A stretch of DNA of 63,862 bases, counting the filler, from Olpidium bornovanus S191 (Eukaryota > Fungi > Olpidiomycota), in assembly GCA_017911155.1 (NCBI GenBank). It is 26 parts of 26 records of this genome, joined end to end, with 100 filler letters (N's around TTAATTAATTAA, not from the genome) between each part and the next. Parts side by side here need not be neighbours in the genome. Positions count along the whole stretch, not along the records: positions 50,492 to 52,996 come from JAEFCI010002430.1; positions 53,097 to 54,757 come from JAEFCI010010250.1; positions 54,858 to 58,119 come from JAEFCI010010747.1; positions 58,220 to 59,569 come from JAEFCI010008650.1; positions 59,670 to 63,862 come from JAEFCI010008443.1; 21 more parts are not named here. One strand, given 5' to 3'. Positions 51,257-62,800 of the stretch are shown here, one piece after another; positions within the stretch are counted from its first letter, which is position 1, and every line of letters begins with the position of its first letter. Made by a program: the position numbers and the translations under genes. The notes beneath the pieces are model-generated. The model was not told the DNA's origin, did no database searches, and saw only the letters and a list, made by a program, of their open reading frames with translations.

Positions 51257-51932
51257 TGTAACAAGTCTATTCACGTTGTACATTCTGTGTTATCTGGGAA
51301 CAGACCTCTCTGGAAACTTGCGAATTCTAGCTAGTTCGAGATCGAGATCGAAATGAGGTTTTGCCGTGGGGACACTATCTCTGGGACTACGAGGTTCTTG
51401 GTTCTTCATAGGCTGAGCGTGTAGCCAACGTTTTGGCGGCTTATGGTCGAAGTCCTCGTGAGTGCAGGCTGGGTGCACACGGACGTGTGTGCACGCGCGT
51501 GTGGCGCGCGGGTGTGTGGGCGCGCTGGGGGGAGTGTGCGCCCTTGTATTGGCTCATCCCCTGAGCGTGGGAATCCTATGCGAGGTGTTCGCCCCATGCG
51601 TTTTGGCAACCCCCTGAGCAACCATGTGGGGCGGTGTGGGTGTGCGCCCTTCTTGTGAGTTACGTGACTGGGAGCCGAGCACACCCGCGCCCGCATTGGA
51701 GCACAGGGCGTGGCTGGGGAGCCAGGCACACCCACGCCCACGTCAGCGCACAAGGCGCATATCGCGACCAATATGATGTAAGTCCAAGAAAGCGTTAGAC
51801 ATCAGCCGGAGAGGACGGCGTCGGCAGTTCGGCAACGGCGGCGACCATTCGGGGGTCAGGACAGATTCTGCCAGGGGAAACAAGGTAGCCATGGTACGGG
51901 ACGTCAGCGCAACAAAACGAGCACGTCATACA
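51257..51932 (-). mobile_element. LTR-like sequence related in style to the gypsy LTRs above
   Basis: The minus strand ends CTTGTTACA, as does the 49308-49988 LTR, has a similar (TCGATC)n motif and a TGTA start giving 676 bp. No target-site duplication seen. Confidence 0.5.
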
Positions 51933-52435
51933 GGTTGTTGTGGAGTGACTTCTATGTATTAGTTTTCAACATAAGCATGACCTACTGCCTATAAAATTGG
52001 AATTATTTTGTAGGCCTCTTTGCAAGCCTCCATTTGGTGTCATTATATCCTTTCTAGCTGTAAAAGTTGGGGAGCAATTGAGGTTCAAACGTAAGTTACA
52101 ACTTATACTTCCAATTTTCCTGTCTCTCAGTTGTCAAATTCAAAAGTAAAGCATCACAGGTTTTCTTTTATGGTTTAACTTAAGCCGTAGACCCTGGTGT
52201 ATTTTTAAACGGAGAATACAAGGGCAAACCTTGGCATTCTTTCATACGGCAATTCCCCGTAGCCTGTCTCTTCCGTCAACTGCAAAACGCAACCTCCCGA
52301 TCCCAGCACGATGTTAAGGAGACACGGAAAGAGAGAGAGTAGGGAATGGGGGGGGGGAGGTTGGGCCCGGTTGAACGGGGCCCTAAGGGGAAAGCACTAT
52401 CACGCGCAAAGGCCGGTACGGGGAACCGCCGCCTT

Positions 52436-52818
52436 TCATTTCTCCGTCAACATTGTCGGCCGTCCAACTGTGTTTGTAGTCATTCGCTGTCTCAAGAGCG
52501 CTGTGCTTTTGTCGGTGCCGAACTTGTCTTCGTACTTCCCGAGCGCGTCGAACGCGCTTTCGTCGCAATTCGCCGCTGCCGCCGCCACGATGGCGGCCCA
52601 CCACCCCGCCCGCTCTTTGTCGAGGTCAGACGCCGTCGCCGCCTCGCCGATCAGCTCGAAAACCTTTGTGACCTGCTGTTTCCCTTTCACGATGACGTCC
52701 TCCAGATACCGGTACAGGAACGTGTGCTTGGCGGACGTGTCAGAGACCACGTCTCCGGAAGCGACTATGCGCGTCCCGTAACGTTTGTTGAGGCCCTCCA
52801 GGCGTGAGCCGAGGTTGA
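52436..52818 (-). CDS. Class III nucleotidyl (adenylate/guanylate) cyclase, last exon
   Basis: After an acceptor CAG: (V)NLGSRLEGLNKRYGTRIVAS...YRYLEDVIVKGKQQVTKVFEL...MLTEK*. The catalytic N-x3-R is intact. Confidence 0.85.
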
Positions 52819-52895
52819 CTGGGTGTGTCCGCAAGCAACGGTGTTTTTTTTTTGGCCAATGATTTTGACCGCAGCCCTTTAGCCCGCGGCGTTCT

Positions 52896-52955
<60 letters not shown>

Positions 52956-53502
52956 ACCACCCACCCCCCCCCCCCCCCCCAACCCCGGGCCCCCCCNNNN
53001 NNNNNNNNNNNNNNNNNNNNNNNNNNNNNNNNNNNNNNNNTTAATTAATTAANNNNNNNNNNNNNNNNNNNNNNNNNNNNNNNNNNNNNNNNNNNNCCCC
53101 CCCCCCCCCCCTTCCCTCTCCTGCGTGTTGCCCCCTGGGCGTGGCTTGCAAGACACAAAAGACTCAGCAAGCAAGCAAGAAGACCCTACCCTCCATCAAC
53201 AATTAACGGCGAGATGATCCACGTAGATTTATGCCCCTATACCCGTCATCGATAAACTTGCAAGGGCGATCCGTAGGCGACGGCGACGTGACCCGACGCT
53301 CTATTGCTCTTAGGCGGGGTTCCCGGCGGGCGGGGGAAAGGCTGGGTTGGCGGCCGGGCGCGGGAAAGCGGGGTTGGCGGTCCTGGTGTAGTAGGTTGCT
53401 GGAGGCTGGAAGATTTTTTTGAGTTAGATATGATGGCGGTAGCGCCGTTGACGCAGTGTGCTGTATCATCTCACTTAGGATTGCATTGAGACTCCATGTT
53501 CC

Positions 53503-53947
53503 CTGAGCGGGACAGGGAAGGGTTCGGAAAAAATGGTGTGGCCTTTTCCCCTGTCCCGCTCAGATACTTTCTTTAGGGCATCCTCGAACCACGCGTTTGT
53601 TCCTCCTCGCGGGTGTTCATTTTTTAGGGGGATGTTTTTGTAGGAACACTTATAACGAAGTCGTTGTAGCGAGGCATTCGGACCTTTTTGCAAAATATAG
53701 GTTAAACATTGCGGAAGGCGAGCTACCGCCGTAATGTTTATAGTGTAAGTCCTTTCCTGCTCCTCACGAAGCTGCAACCAATCTTCGACAAATTCAACTT
53801 CTGCGGGAAATTGTGTCGTAAGCTCTCATTGTTTCAGGCAGTGCCATTCTGTACCAACGAGGACTGGAAAAATCACTCTGCGAATTTTTCCTCTCCGGTT
53901 ACTGAAGATACGCGTAGTTGTTATTACATCATTGAATGGATGTAGTA
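53503..53947 (+). ncRNA. Candidate structured RNA (cluster of consecutive hairpins), family unknown
   Basis: Perfect 15-bp stem 53503-53517/53549-53563 plus stems 53578-53585/53628-53635, 53650-53657/53662-53669, 53703-53714/53729-53740, about 53786-53818 and 53922-53930/53939-53947. Non-Watson-Crick pairs in the stems I could resolve are G-U on the plus strand. Confidence 0.35.
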
Positions 53948-53969
53948 GAAAGAAGCCGTTTGCGCGTAC

Positions 53970-54512
53970 CTCAGGTACTTTCTGTCGAGCGAGTCCGAGA
54001 GCCGGGCCGTCGAAGGGGCGGTGCTGGGGGCGGCCGGGCGCGCGGCTGGGCGGACGGCCGGGGCCGGGGGCGGGGGCGCGGCCGGGCGCGAGCGCGGAAC
54101 GGACAGCGGCGGAATTGGACCGCGAAGGCGTGGCGGAAGAGGCGGGGGCACGGCCGCCGGTTCGGTGGCCTCCTCCTCTTCGCCGGCCCCATCCTCTTCC
54201 TGGGCTTCCACGTCCGCGGGGGCCTCCTCCTCTTCGCCGGCCCCATCCTCTTCCTGGGGTTCCTGGGCCTCCTCCTCCTGTTCGGGCTCGGCGTTCTCTG
54301 GCCATGATGGGGCAATGATGGTGGCCGGTTGATTGATATTGGATGCCCCTTCCAGATTATTGAGCGATTCGGCATCCTGCTGGCGCCTGCGTTCCTGTTG
54401 GTGCGGGATGCCATCGGCACATTCCCGGCAGAGAAGTGGCCTATCTGCCTGGACCCTTGCTGGCTCTTCGGTCAGGCGTTGCGTTACCGCCTTTACCGAA
54501 AGGGTCTTGTTA
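53970..54512 (-). CDS. Internal exon of an uncharacterised acidic/Pro-rich protein
   Basis: Open frame between an acceptor TAG (54513) and a GTACGC donor (53969): NKTLSVKAV...CRECADGIPH...QEEDGAGEEEEA x2 (54-nt repeat)...PPPLPP. Confidence 0.4.
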
Positions 54513-55734
54513 CTACGAACATCAGTGCATCTCAGTAACGCGTTATGCAGAAGCGGTTTGCAACCGTTACCTTGTTCGCCGTGGAGCGTGCTGGTTCTTC
54601 GAAATGGGGCCGTGGAAGGCCTTTAACGAACGGATATTCGTAGTAAGAACAATAATCCATCCGATAACGCGTTATGCGGATGCCCTAGTCGGTCACGTTT
54701 TATACCGTATTCAATGTGGGTTGATTTGAATCGTCCTCCGGTCCGTGGTCTGCTGCGNNNNNNNNNNNNNNNNNNNNNNNNNNNNNNNNNNNNNNNNNNN
54801 NTTAATTAATTAANNNNNNNNNNNNNNNNNNNNNNNNNNNNNNNNNNNNNNNNNNNNCATGACAGGAGCGATACCATTTTGCATAGGATAAGCACGGTTA
54901 TCTTCGGATTTACGGTGAAGGAGAAACACAGCCGGGTTGAACGCAACCGCGCTTACGATTCCAGTCAAGGAGAGCCGGAGACGTGGACGAGCGGTCGCTC
55001 GAGTAGGCACGCAGCGAACGGCCGCAACGGAGAGTTTGCGGAATTCAATGAATCCTCCAGGGCTCCTCGGCCTTCTAGTCGGGGTGAGGAGTCCGGGCTC
55101 CGGAAAAAGTACGGTAAGAAAGTAGCCCGGTTGTTTGTGTTTTGCGAGGCGCGGCCAGCGCCGTCATCTAGGATCCAGTTGAGATCTCACAACCATCATT
55201 GCTTGACGCGTCTCTTACCCGATTAAATATGGGTAAACAAAAGCACTTGACGATTCTGAGGAATCCAGCAGAATGAATCCGCAGGGGTTTCTCGCGCAGG
55301 AAGAAGTATGGTTAGTGAACTGGCGACATTGCGGTTGTTCTGAAATGTGAAACTGGATTCGGAATAACGGTTTCAATAGGCTCTGCTCTAAGTGCAGACA
55401 CTTCGCCCGGGAGTGAGAATACTCCACCGCAGCCCACCCGTCTTCGGTCGAAATGACCAACTTTTTGCTGTTCGGTCCACTCCTGCTTTGGATTGTTCTT
55501 CACGTGGATTCCGGTCTTCGCAACACGCAACCCGATAGTTTGACGGGAGCGTTTAGCATTGGCTAGCTTGAGCAAAGCTTTCCTGATTACTACGTTTCCG
55601 GGAAACGCTACGCACGCAAAAGCTGTCGTTTGCAGTTTTGCTTTTCGTTTGGCGGCTTTGAACGTCCAAAGAGCCCATTGCTCGATCGCGCTGAGTTGCT
55701 GCTCGATGTTACGCTTTGCTTGCTACCCGCACGG

Positions 55735-55930
55735 TGAAATGGCTGCCTGAGCCTTTCGTGTCCTGCAATCAGCCATCCATCCTTTCGTTGCTAACACACA
55801 CGGTGAAAGAGCCGCCTCATTCACCTCATTCTTTCTTTGCTACCCACACGATAAAAGGGCCGCCCCGTTCTTTCTTTGCACCACACGGTGAAAGGGCCGC
55901 TGAGCCTTTAGTCGCCTGCAATCAGCCATT
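55735..55930. repeat. Degenerate tandem repeat with core CACGGTGAAAG..CCGC
   Basis: About four copies of the core, and two copies of CTGAGCCTTT..CCTGCAATCAGCCAT. Confidence 0.6.
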
Positions 55931-57826
55931 TATTCTTTTCTGGGGTGAGAGGGGAGGGGGAGTGAAAGGAGGGGTAATTGCTTCAGACACAAAGATCTGC
56001 AGTAACATATAATTGGGGTATTGCTTCGGTGAGTCCTGCTCAGTTATCCTGCCGTCAATGTATCCTGGCGTCATCGTAATCTGCCGTCAGTCGGTGATTT
56101 TCGGGTTTCAATGCCTTGTTTCGTGGAACGCATAACGTTAATTTGCAGTTTGGAGGATTATTCTTTTTAGAGTGAACTGCGGCGGTGACAAAAGCCTGCG
56201 TTTTCTGCGATAAAACTGCTTTGCAGGAAAGGCGTGAGATAAAGAATGGCTGTTATGGAACAGCCGTGAGATTCCCTGGTCACGATTGGAGCGCCAGGTC
56301 AACGGAAGGCCTGCTTCACATGGGCAACTTTAACAAAAAAAGCCAATTACGCAGTGTTGCAGGTGGACGAAAAAAGCAATTTTAGACGAGCAGGGGAAAA
56401 ATTTTATGCTCGAGATTTTCTTTTTGTTAGGCGCGGCCAATGTCCCGCGGTTGGCAGACCTTTCTACTCGCGACCCGTGCTGCTTGGGACGCGAGCGCGG
56501 GTGTATTCGCGGAGATGTTGATGGCGGCGCCAAAGTCATCGCCGCTACAGGGGGTGGGAAGAAGCGGCGGGGTGGCCGCCCTCATTCTTTGCTGGCCTGC
56601 TCTACGCGCCGCTCCGCGGTGGCCTTGCTATTCCTCCCGCAGGGAGATTTTGCCGGCACAGACTTTCCGACGGGTCAGAACAGTTGGAGCTCAGGGGCCC
56701 GTCGCCCCCCAAAAAGCTTCCCCCGCTTTGGTCAGCAGCGGCGAGCCCATTTTGTACGCCCTTACGTGCCATTCTGATATCCGTTTCGCGAAGAGACTAG
56801 ATAGCGCAGCCGCGGAACAAAGGCAGCTTAGCCTCTTTTGCGGATGCTCGAACGTCTCCAGAGTGTCAAAATTAGGCGTCCGTGAACTGGCGGGCCGTTT
56901 CTCCAAAATGAGCCCTCCCCATCCCCGTGCCCCCTCCCTTTCTTTTCTTACCTCTTCTTCAGTCTTCGACACACACAGTCCCAATGTTAGCCATTCGGCA
57001 AATCCGTTGAGCTTTGCGAATTGGCCCCCATATACGCCGAGAACGTTTGACGCAACCAAACGTCCGCGGACGCGTCCGCGTACCTTCAACTACCAGGCGA
57101 CTCTGCTGTCTCTCCTGCAAGGCCAGCCCGCAACGAACCAAATCGATAATGGCGCTGAGCGCCATCCTCCCGTACAACGGGTAAACGGCGGGAGTTAACC
57201 AAGGTAACCGAGGCATTAGTCATCTAATTAGTGGTCCGCAATTCTCGCCAAGAAATTTGCATTGAGAGATCCGACCAAAACAAGCAAAAGCAACCAACGA
57301 CGGCGATGGCAGCCGACAACCGGAGACCGCGCGTTGGAGTAGCGGGATTAGGAGGCGAGAGCAATCGTGGTCATTGCCTCGGTGGGGAAAAACCGGCTTC
57401 CGGGACGCAAACATTTTGCTGTGAGGACCCCCAGGCAGCAGCCGACGTTTTATTGTTAAGCGCCCAGTACCCGGGCAAGCCGCGACGGTCTTCGACGTTT
57501 TCGCCCGAGGGAATCGCGCATTGGCAGGGAAGAGGAGCGACGGGATAATGGTTAATACACTTCGCCGGGCAATGCGCGACCGGCGTCTGCGCGTCGCGCG
57601 GTTATTTTTTTGGATTAGAACGGCCAAATTGAGGTCCTGTCCTTTCTTGCTTGCTTCTTTGCAGGCGTTACAGCTGTTACAGCTGGCCTGATCGTCTGGC
57701 CTCCTGCCATCGGCGGGGGTAAGACTAGGCGTTCGCGCGCCGCGGCGGGCAGAGGACGACAGGGTTGGGAGAGGAGGGGAGGAGAACAGATTGAATTACC
57801 AAGGGAATTGTTAATTCACTATTTGG

Positions 57827-58000
57827 GCAAGTAATATAGGTCCCGAATCTATTATGGAAAGATTTCAACTAATATAATTACATCCTTAATAATACTTTAT
57901 TTGCATTTTATTGAGCAAGTGAGAAAGGTCCCGAATCTATTATGGAAAGATTTCAACTAGTATAATTACATTCTAAATTATATTATGTTTGCATTTTATA
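57827..58000. repeat. 88-bp tandem duplication in an AT-rich island
   Basis: GCAAGT at 57827 and 57915. AGGTCCCGAATCTATTATGGAAAGATTTCAACTA is identical in both copies, and the remainder is also homologous. Confidence 0.9.
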
Positions 58001-58924
58001 TACGGTGTAACCGGCATCTTTTCGTTTTGCGTGTGTTTGCTCAGCCGGAAAGTTCAAAGCGCCGGGCGAGCCGAAGACGCGGAAGGAAAGTCGGGGGGGG
58101 GGGGGGGGGGGGGGGGGGGNNNNNNNNNNNNNNNNNNNNNNNNNNNNNNNNNNNNNNNNNNNNTTAATTAATTAANNNNNNNNNNNNNNNNNNNNNNNNN
58201 NNNNNNNNNNNNNNNNNNNCATGACTCGCGCCTGACTCTCCCTGCGTTTGCCCGATCTGCTGCACCGTGCTTGTAGGGCTCGGGTTAGCCACCAGTTGCT
58301 TCAAGCTTGGTGCTGATAAGTTGACGGGACGGGAGGATACATAATCAACTTCTCACGCGATATCATTGGAGGTCAGCTCCCAGGAGCAAGCAGCAGGGCA
58401 CCGTCGGTCACGCAGCTGTCGCCGAAGCCGGCCTTCAGCCCTGTGTGTTGGTCCGCTGGAACACAGCGCGACAACGACAATTGATCTGACGGCAGAGATC
58501 CTGCGGCTCCACCCTTTCCCTCCTCCCCACTCCCCCCTCCCCTAAAGTATTACATTTTTTTTTCTATTCCTCGCGCTCATCAACGGCCGGCGTGAAACGT
58601 GGACGGAGAGATATATATATTTTGGAAAATAATCACTCCCCGCTATTTTTGCAGCACTGCCGTTTCGTCACCCGCCGATGAAAAGGCAAAAATCAGATGA
58701 AGGACGCACAAAAGAAGAGCCTTTTCCTGCGCATTCTTTGTATACCTGAAAAAGCCAGATAGCCATATAGATCGACCTATCCCCTCATCCACCCCCCCCC
58801 CCCTTTTTTTCCCCCCACGCTTCCCGCTCCCCGGGCGCGAAGAAGACCGTGGACTCAAATCGGGCAGTAAGCCCCCTGCTGAAAATCAAGTCGAGCGCGT
58901 CGGGGACTTTTGCCGTCTGGCGGG

Positions 58925-58957
<33 letters not shown>

Positions 58958-59026
58958 CCGGCACAATTTGGCCTTTTTGTTAAAGCTGGGCGACAGCTCC
59001 CGTCCCATTCCCCGCCACCCCCGTTC

Positions 59027-59295
59027 TGTTGGAAAAAATGGGGGGAAAAGAGGTTTCAGATCGAATCGAAGGGCGTCGCGCGGAAGGAACTACTCCCTCC
59101 GGAAGCCCCTTGGAGCTTGGCTAGGAAGCCCTCTACAAAAGCAGACTAAAAACAGATAGTGGAAGTGCAGCTTCCTCACAGAGCCTATGGCGGAGACCGC
59201 CTTCAACTCTGCTTTCCATCTCGCCTCGCGCTTCGCATTCGCGCCTTCCTCTCCCTGGGTTTGGTTAACGGTTGGTTGCGACAGGTTACGAGTCT
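59027..59295 (+). mobile_element. Probable Copia 5' LTR (59027-59283, TGTTG...CGACA) and degenerate half-tRNA PBS (59284-59295)
   Basis: TG...CA termini, directly followed by GGTTACGAGTCT. Homologous to 12514-12790. Confidence 0.6.
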
Positions 59296-59899
59296 TACCC
59301 ACAGACTCCCTGCCAAAGAAGATAACCCACAGGGAAGAGAACTCGAACCCAACCACGGAAGGACGGCGGTTCTGCGTCGAGAACGGAAACCATAGTGGCC
59401 GTAGCCTCTGCGTACCCCGACCACTTCGTTTCGGGAACAAGGGGGAGTCCTAATCGCCACTTCCTCTTCTTTATCTCGCGGATCGCCGTTGCCGTATTTT
59501 TTAACGTCAGCCTTCCCAGGCTCGCCGGATATGGTCACCCTTTCCCCCCCCCCCCCCCCTCCCCGGCGGNNNNNNNNNNNNNNNNNNNNNNNNNNNNNNN
59601 NNNNNNNNNNNNNTTAATTAATTAANNNNNNNNNNNNNNNNNNNNNNNNNNNNNNNNNNNNNNNNNNNNCATGACATACGGACCGAGTGTTACGTTTTTT
59701 GTTATGGTATTTCTGGTAGAGAAGTTTCGGCCAAAATCGACAAGAATTTTCTGAAAGGCCCAAACTACGGTCGTAGTTTGGGCAGGGATCTCGCGTTGCC
59801 CGAACGAACCCGCAGCACCCGAAATCACAGGAAGGCTTCAAAAATAACCGTCACAGCACGCCGCCCATCCCACTTCCACCCCCCAGCGCGCCCTAAACG

Positions 59900-62800
59900 A
59901 TGTCCGCGTCTGCTCTCGGCGAGGCTGACTTGACGGACGGCGACGAGTGTCTGCCGGGACCCAGTTGCGCGGACAGCGAAGATAACTCGCGCGTTTTGGC
60001 TGATGGGACCCCAGGCGTTGACCGTGGTGCCGATGTCACGGTCGCGCCGTCGGTTGACAACCGCACGCGGCCTCCTCACGCGGTCAGGGTGCTCCAGGAA
60101 GCATTCTCCATTGTCAAGATCGCAACCCGCCTCTTGCACGGCGAAGAGACTGCCGTGACCGACACAACAATCACCTACATTGCGACGGCGCCCGAGAGGC
60201 GGTTGACTGTCGCGCGAGACAGGGTCGTGGTACCGTATCGCGTGTTCACGTCCTACGATGCCAAGGGTGTAGAAGAGCTCGCCGCGCGGGGAGAGGCGCT
60301 GAAACAGGAAGAACTCCATCCGGCGCGTTTCGCCGGTTCCGTGAAGCCGCTTGCCTCTGGTGTTGTGATCTCCCTGCCCTCGGCGTCCCACGGCACCTCG
60401 CTTGAGCGAGAGGAGGTTGAGAAAATCGAGAAGGCCGCCGACGTTGGGTCGGACGTCCAATCCGAGCGTAAATCATACCCAGAATTGCAGGCCATGCTTC
60501 GTCTCGAACATCTTAATCGCCAGCACGGCGGGTACCTCCCCATCCAGGACTACGGCGTCGTCGGAAATTTGAGTACCGTGGCTCTGTGCGGCATTGATGG
60601 GTCTATCGATTTCATGTGCTACCCGGTATGCTTTGCACCGCCTTCGTCGTCCATCAATTTTAGACGATCATTGCCTGATTTGAGTGCCCTCCGTGACTCA
60701 TGTTCTCCGTCGCCGGTGCTATCGTTGCTCTTCTTCCAGCGATTCGACTCTCCAACTATCTTTGGCCGGATGCTCGATTCAAGAAAGGGAGGATTCTTCC
60801 AGGTGGCGAAGTTGGAGAATTTTTCGGCTTCCACGGTGGCGCCTCAAGGGTGCAGCGCTAAAACAATCATTTGCCCAATTCGGCTGAAAACGGTGCGAAA
60901 GGTTTCGCCTACCGAGCCTTGTTCGTCGAAGCAGCTGTATCTTCCAAATTCGAACGTACTCGTGACGCGTTACCTCGCGGAAGGAGGGGGTAAACGGATT
61001 TTCCGGGTTAAATTTGAATTCACATGACTCTCTCTTTGACCCCCGCGAACTCTGACCTTTGCAGTGGTAGGTGAATGCTCTCATCACTGCAATTGACCCG
61101 TGGGTCAGTGCGCTAACTGACACAAAATGGACGGGCCTTACTATGCGGTACTTGGTACCAGGGCCAGACGACGGACTTCATGCCTGTGATGACGTGCAAG
61201 CCGAACGCGAGACGGCTCCCGTGGCTGATGCGAAAAGTGGAGGGGGTGCGCGGGGAGCTCGAATTCCGCATCGACTGCTTTCCCTCGTTTGACTACGCTC
61301 GAGTGGGTCACACCACGCGTATCTCGCGAGCAAAGAGCGATGACGAGGCCCACGCCGGAGCGAGGAAGGGGGGTGAGCGGGCTCAGATACGCGACGAGGA
61401 AGAGTCAGTTAAGTGCAGTAAGGTCGGGGAGACGGTCGTGTGCTTCACGTCCAACCTGATGACGACGACCTTAACGAGAGCTGAAGAGGACGAGAAAAAG
61501 GAGGAGGCGATCATAGAGCAGGTCGACGGCGGAATGATGTATCCCGTAGGCGTGGTGTCGGCAGTTTTGAGGGTGCGGCAGTGTTGCAGTTTCATTTTCC
61601 GTCGTTTGACCAGTGTATTGCTACGGATGTTACGGGAAATTTCTGTCAGCGTGCACCAAGCACGTCGTATCCGCCGCGGGAGCACTCCTTCCGCATGAGC
61701 GTAGACCTGCGATATGTCACCTGCGCCGACGACTCCGATTATCTGCCTGTAATTCACGTGAGTTTCAGCGAGCGGACGCATCCTTGGCGCAAACGCTGCT
61801 GCGGACAGGCGTCAATCATGCTGCTCTCGGACATCACTCAGTGGGTTATCCCGGAAAACCACCACGGCGCGGCAGGATCGGGGGCGGCGGGCCCCGGTGT
61901 CAGCTGCACTGTGAAGCTGTCCGAGGGCCATTGTGTGTATTTATTGTTCCGCGAGGTTCCGCCGAAGGACCTGCCTCTGCGAGAATTGGAACTGCTTGAT
62001 CCACCGTTAAGCCTGTGCCTCCTGGAGGGTCTGCTGGAGGAAACGATCAAGTATTGGCGCGGGTGGGCGGACAACTGCACTTACAAGGGGAGATGGCGTG
62101 AGGAGGTCGTCCGGAGTGCGCTGGCGCTCAAGTTGATGACGTACGCAGACTCCGGGGCCATGATAGCTGCACCGACGTGCAGGTGTGTAATGCAAGCGGT
62201 TAGCGAGGGTCGTGGGTGGGGAAGGGGAGGGGGAGGGGGGAGAAGATTTTTGGTATGGTCTGGAGGTGGGTTTGTCCGCGTTTTTCACGTTTCCCCATTT
62301 GATCACACCTCAGCTTACCGGAAGGGTTTGGCGGCGAACGGAATTGGGACTACCGGTATACGTGGATCCGAGATGCAGCGTTCACCGTAAGCGTTCTCCG
62401 TTTGCGCGCGCGCCTGGTTGGAGTCGCCATGCCTTCGCGGCGGGATAACCCAGGCCTTTATGTTTCCCCTGCTGGAAACAGGTTTATGCTTTCATTCGAA
62501 TTGGTTTTACCGAGGAAGCGCGCGGCTTCATGGACTGGATCGAGCGGCGATGCCGGGGAATGGTACGAATATTTTGTATGCGCCGTCCTTTTCTCGTTCG
62601 ACGTCCGGTGGATGGCGCCCGTTTCCCCCCCAACTCCCCTCAGCACCTCTAGTCAATTTTTCGCGAACCGCAACGTCCTAAGAGACTCTAACTCTGCTCG
62701 TCCTCCACCGCGTTGCAGGCAGCGGCGCAGGGTCGACCGCTGCAGATCATGTATGGCATTGACGGGCAACACAGTAATTAGCCAGTTGTTTGTCGTTTTG

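Noticed and set aside
52045-52053. ATATCCTTT, matching the U12-type 5' splice site
   Set aside because: It lies in AT-rich non-coding sequence with no flanking exon or U12 branch point, so it is probably chance.
53745-53866. AGTCCT/AGGACT pairing resembling RNase P/MRP helix P4
   Set aside because: It lacks the universally bulged U geometry, and the spacing and position do not fit CR-I and CR-V. The region is kept only as an unclassified hairpin cluster.
57827-58000. CRISPR-like 34-bp identical repeats containing GGAAAG
   Set aside because: Only two copies, the intervening sequences are homologous to each other (a plain 88-bp tandem duplication), there are no cas genes, and the context is eukaryotic.
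1072-59669. Regularly recurring TTAATTAATTAA motif, and ORFs ending or starting in X...LIN
   Set aside because: Assembly linker with six-frame stops. ORFs spanning it are artefacts, and gene adjacency across it is not real synteny.
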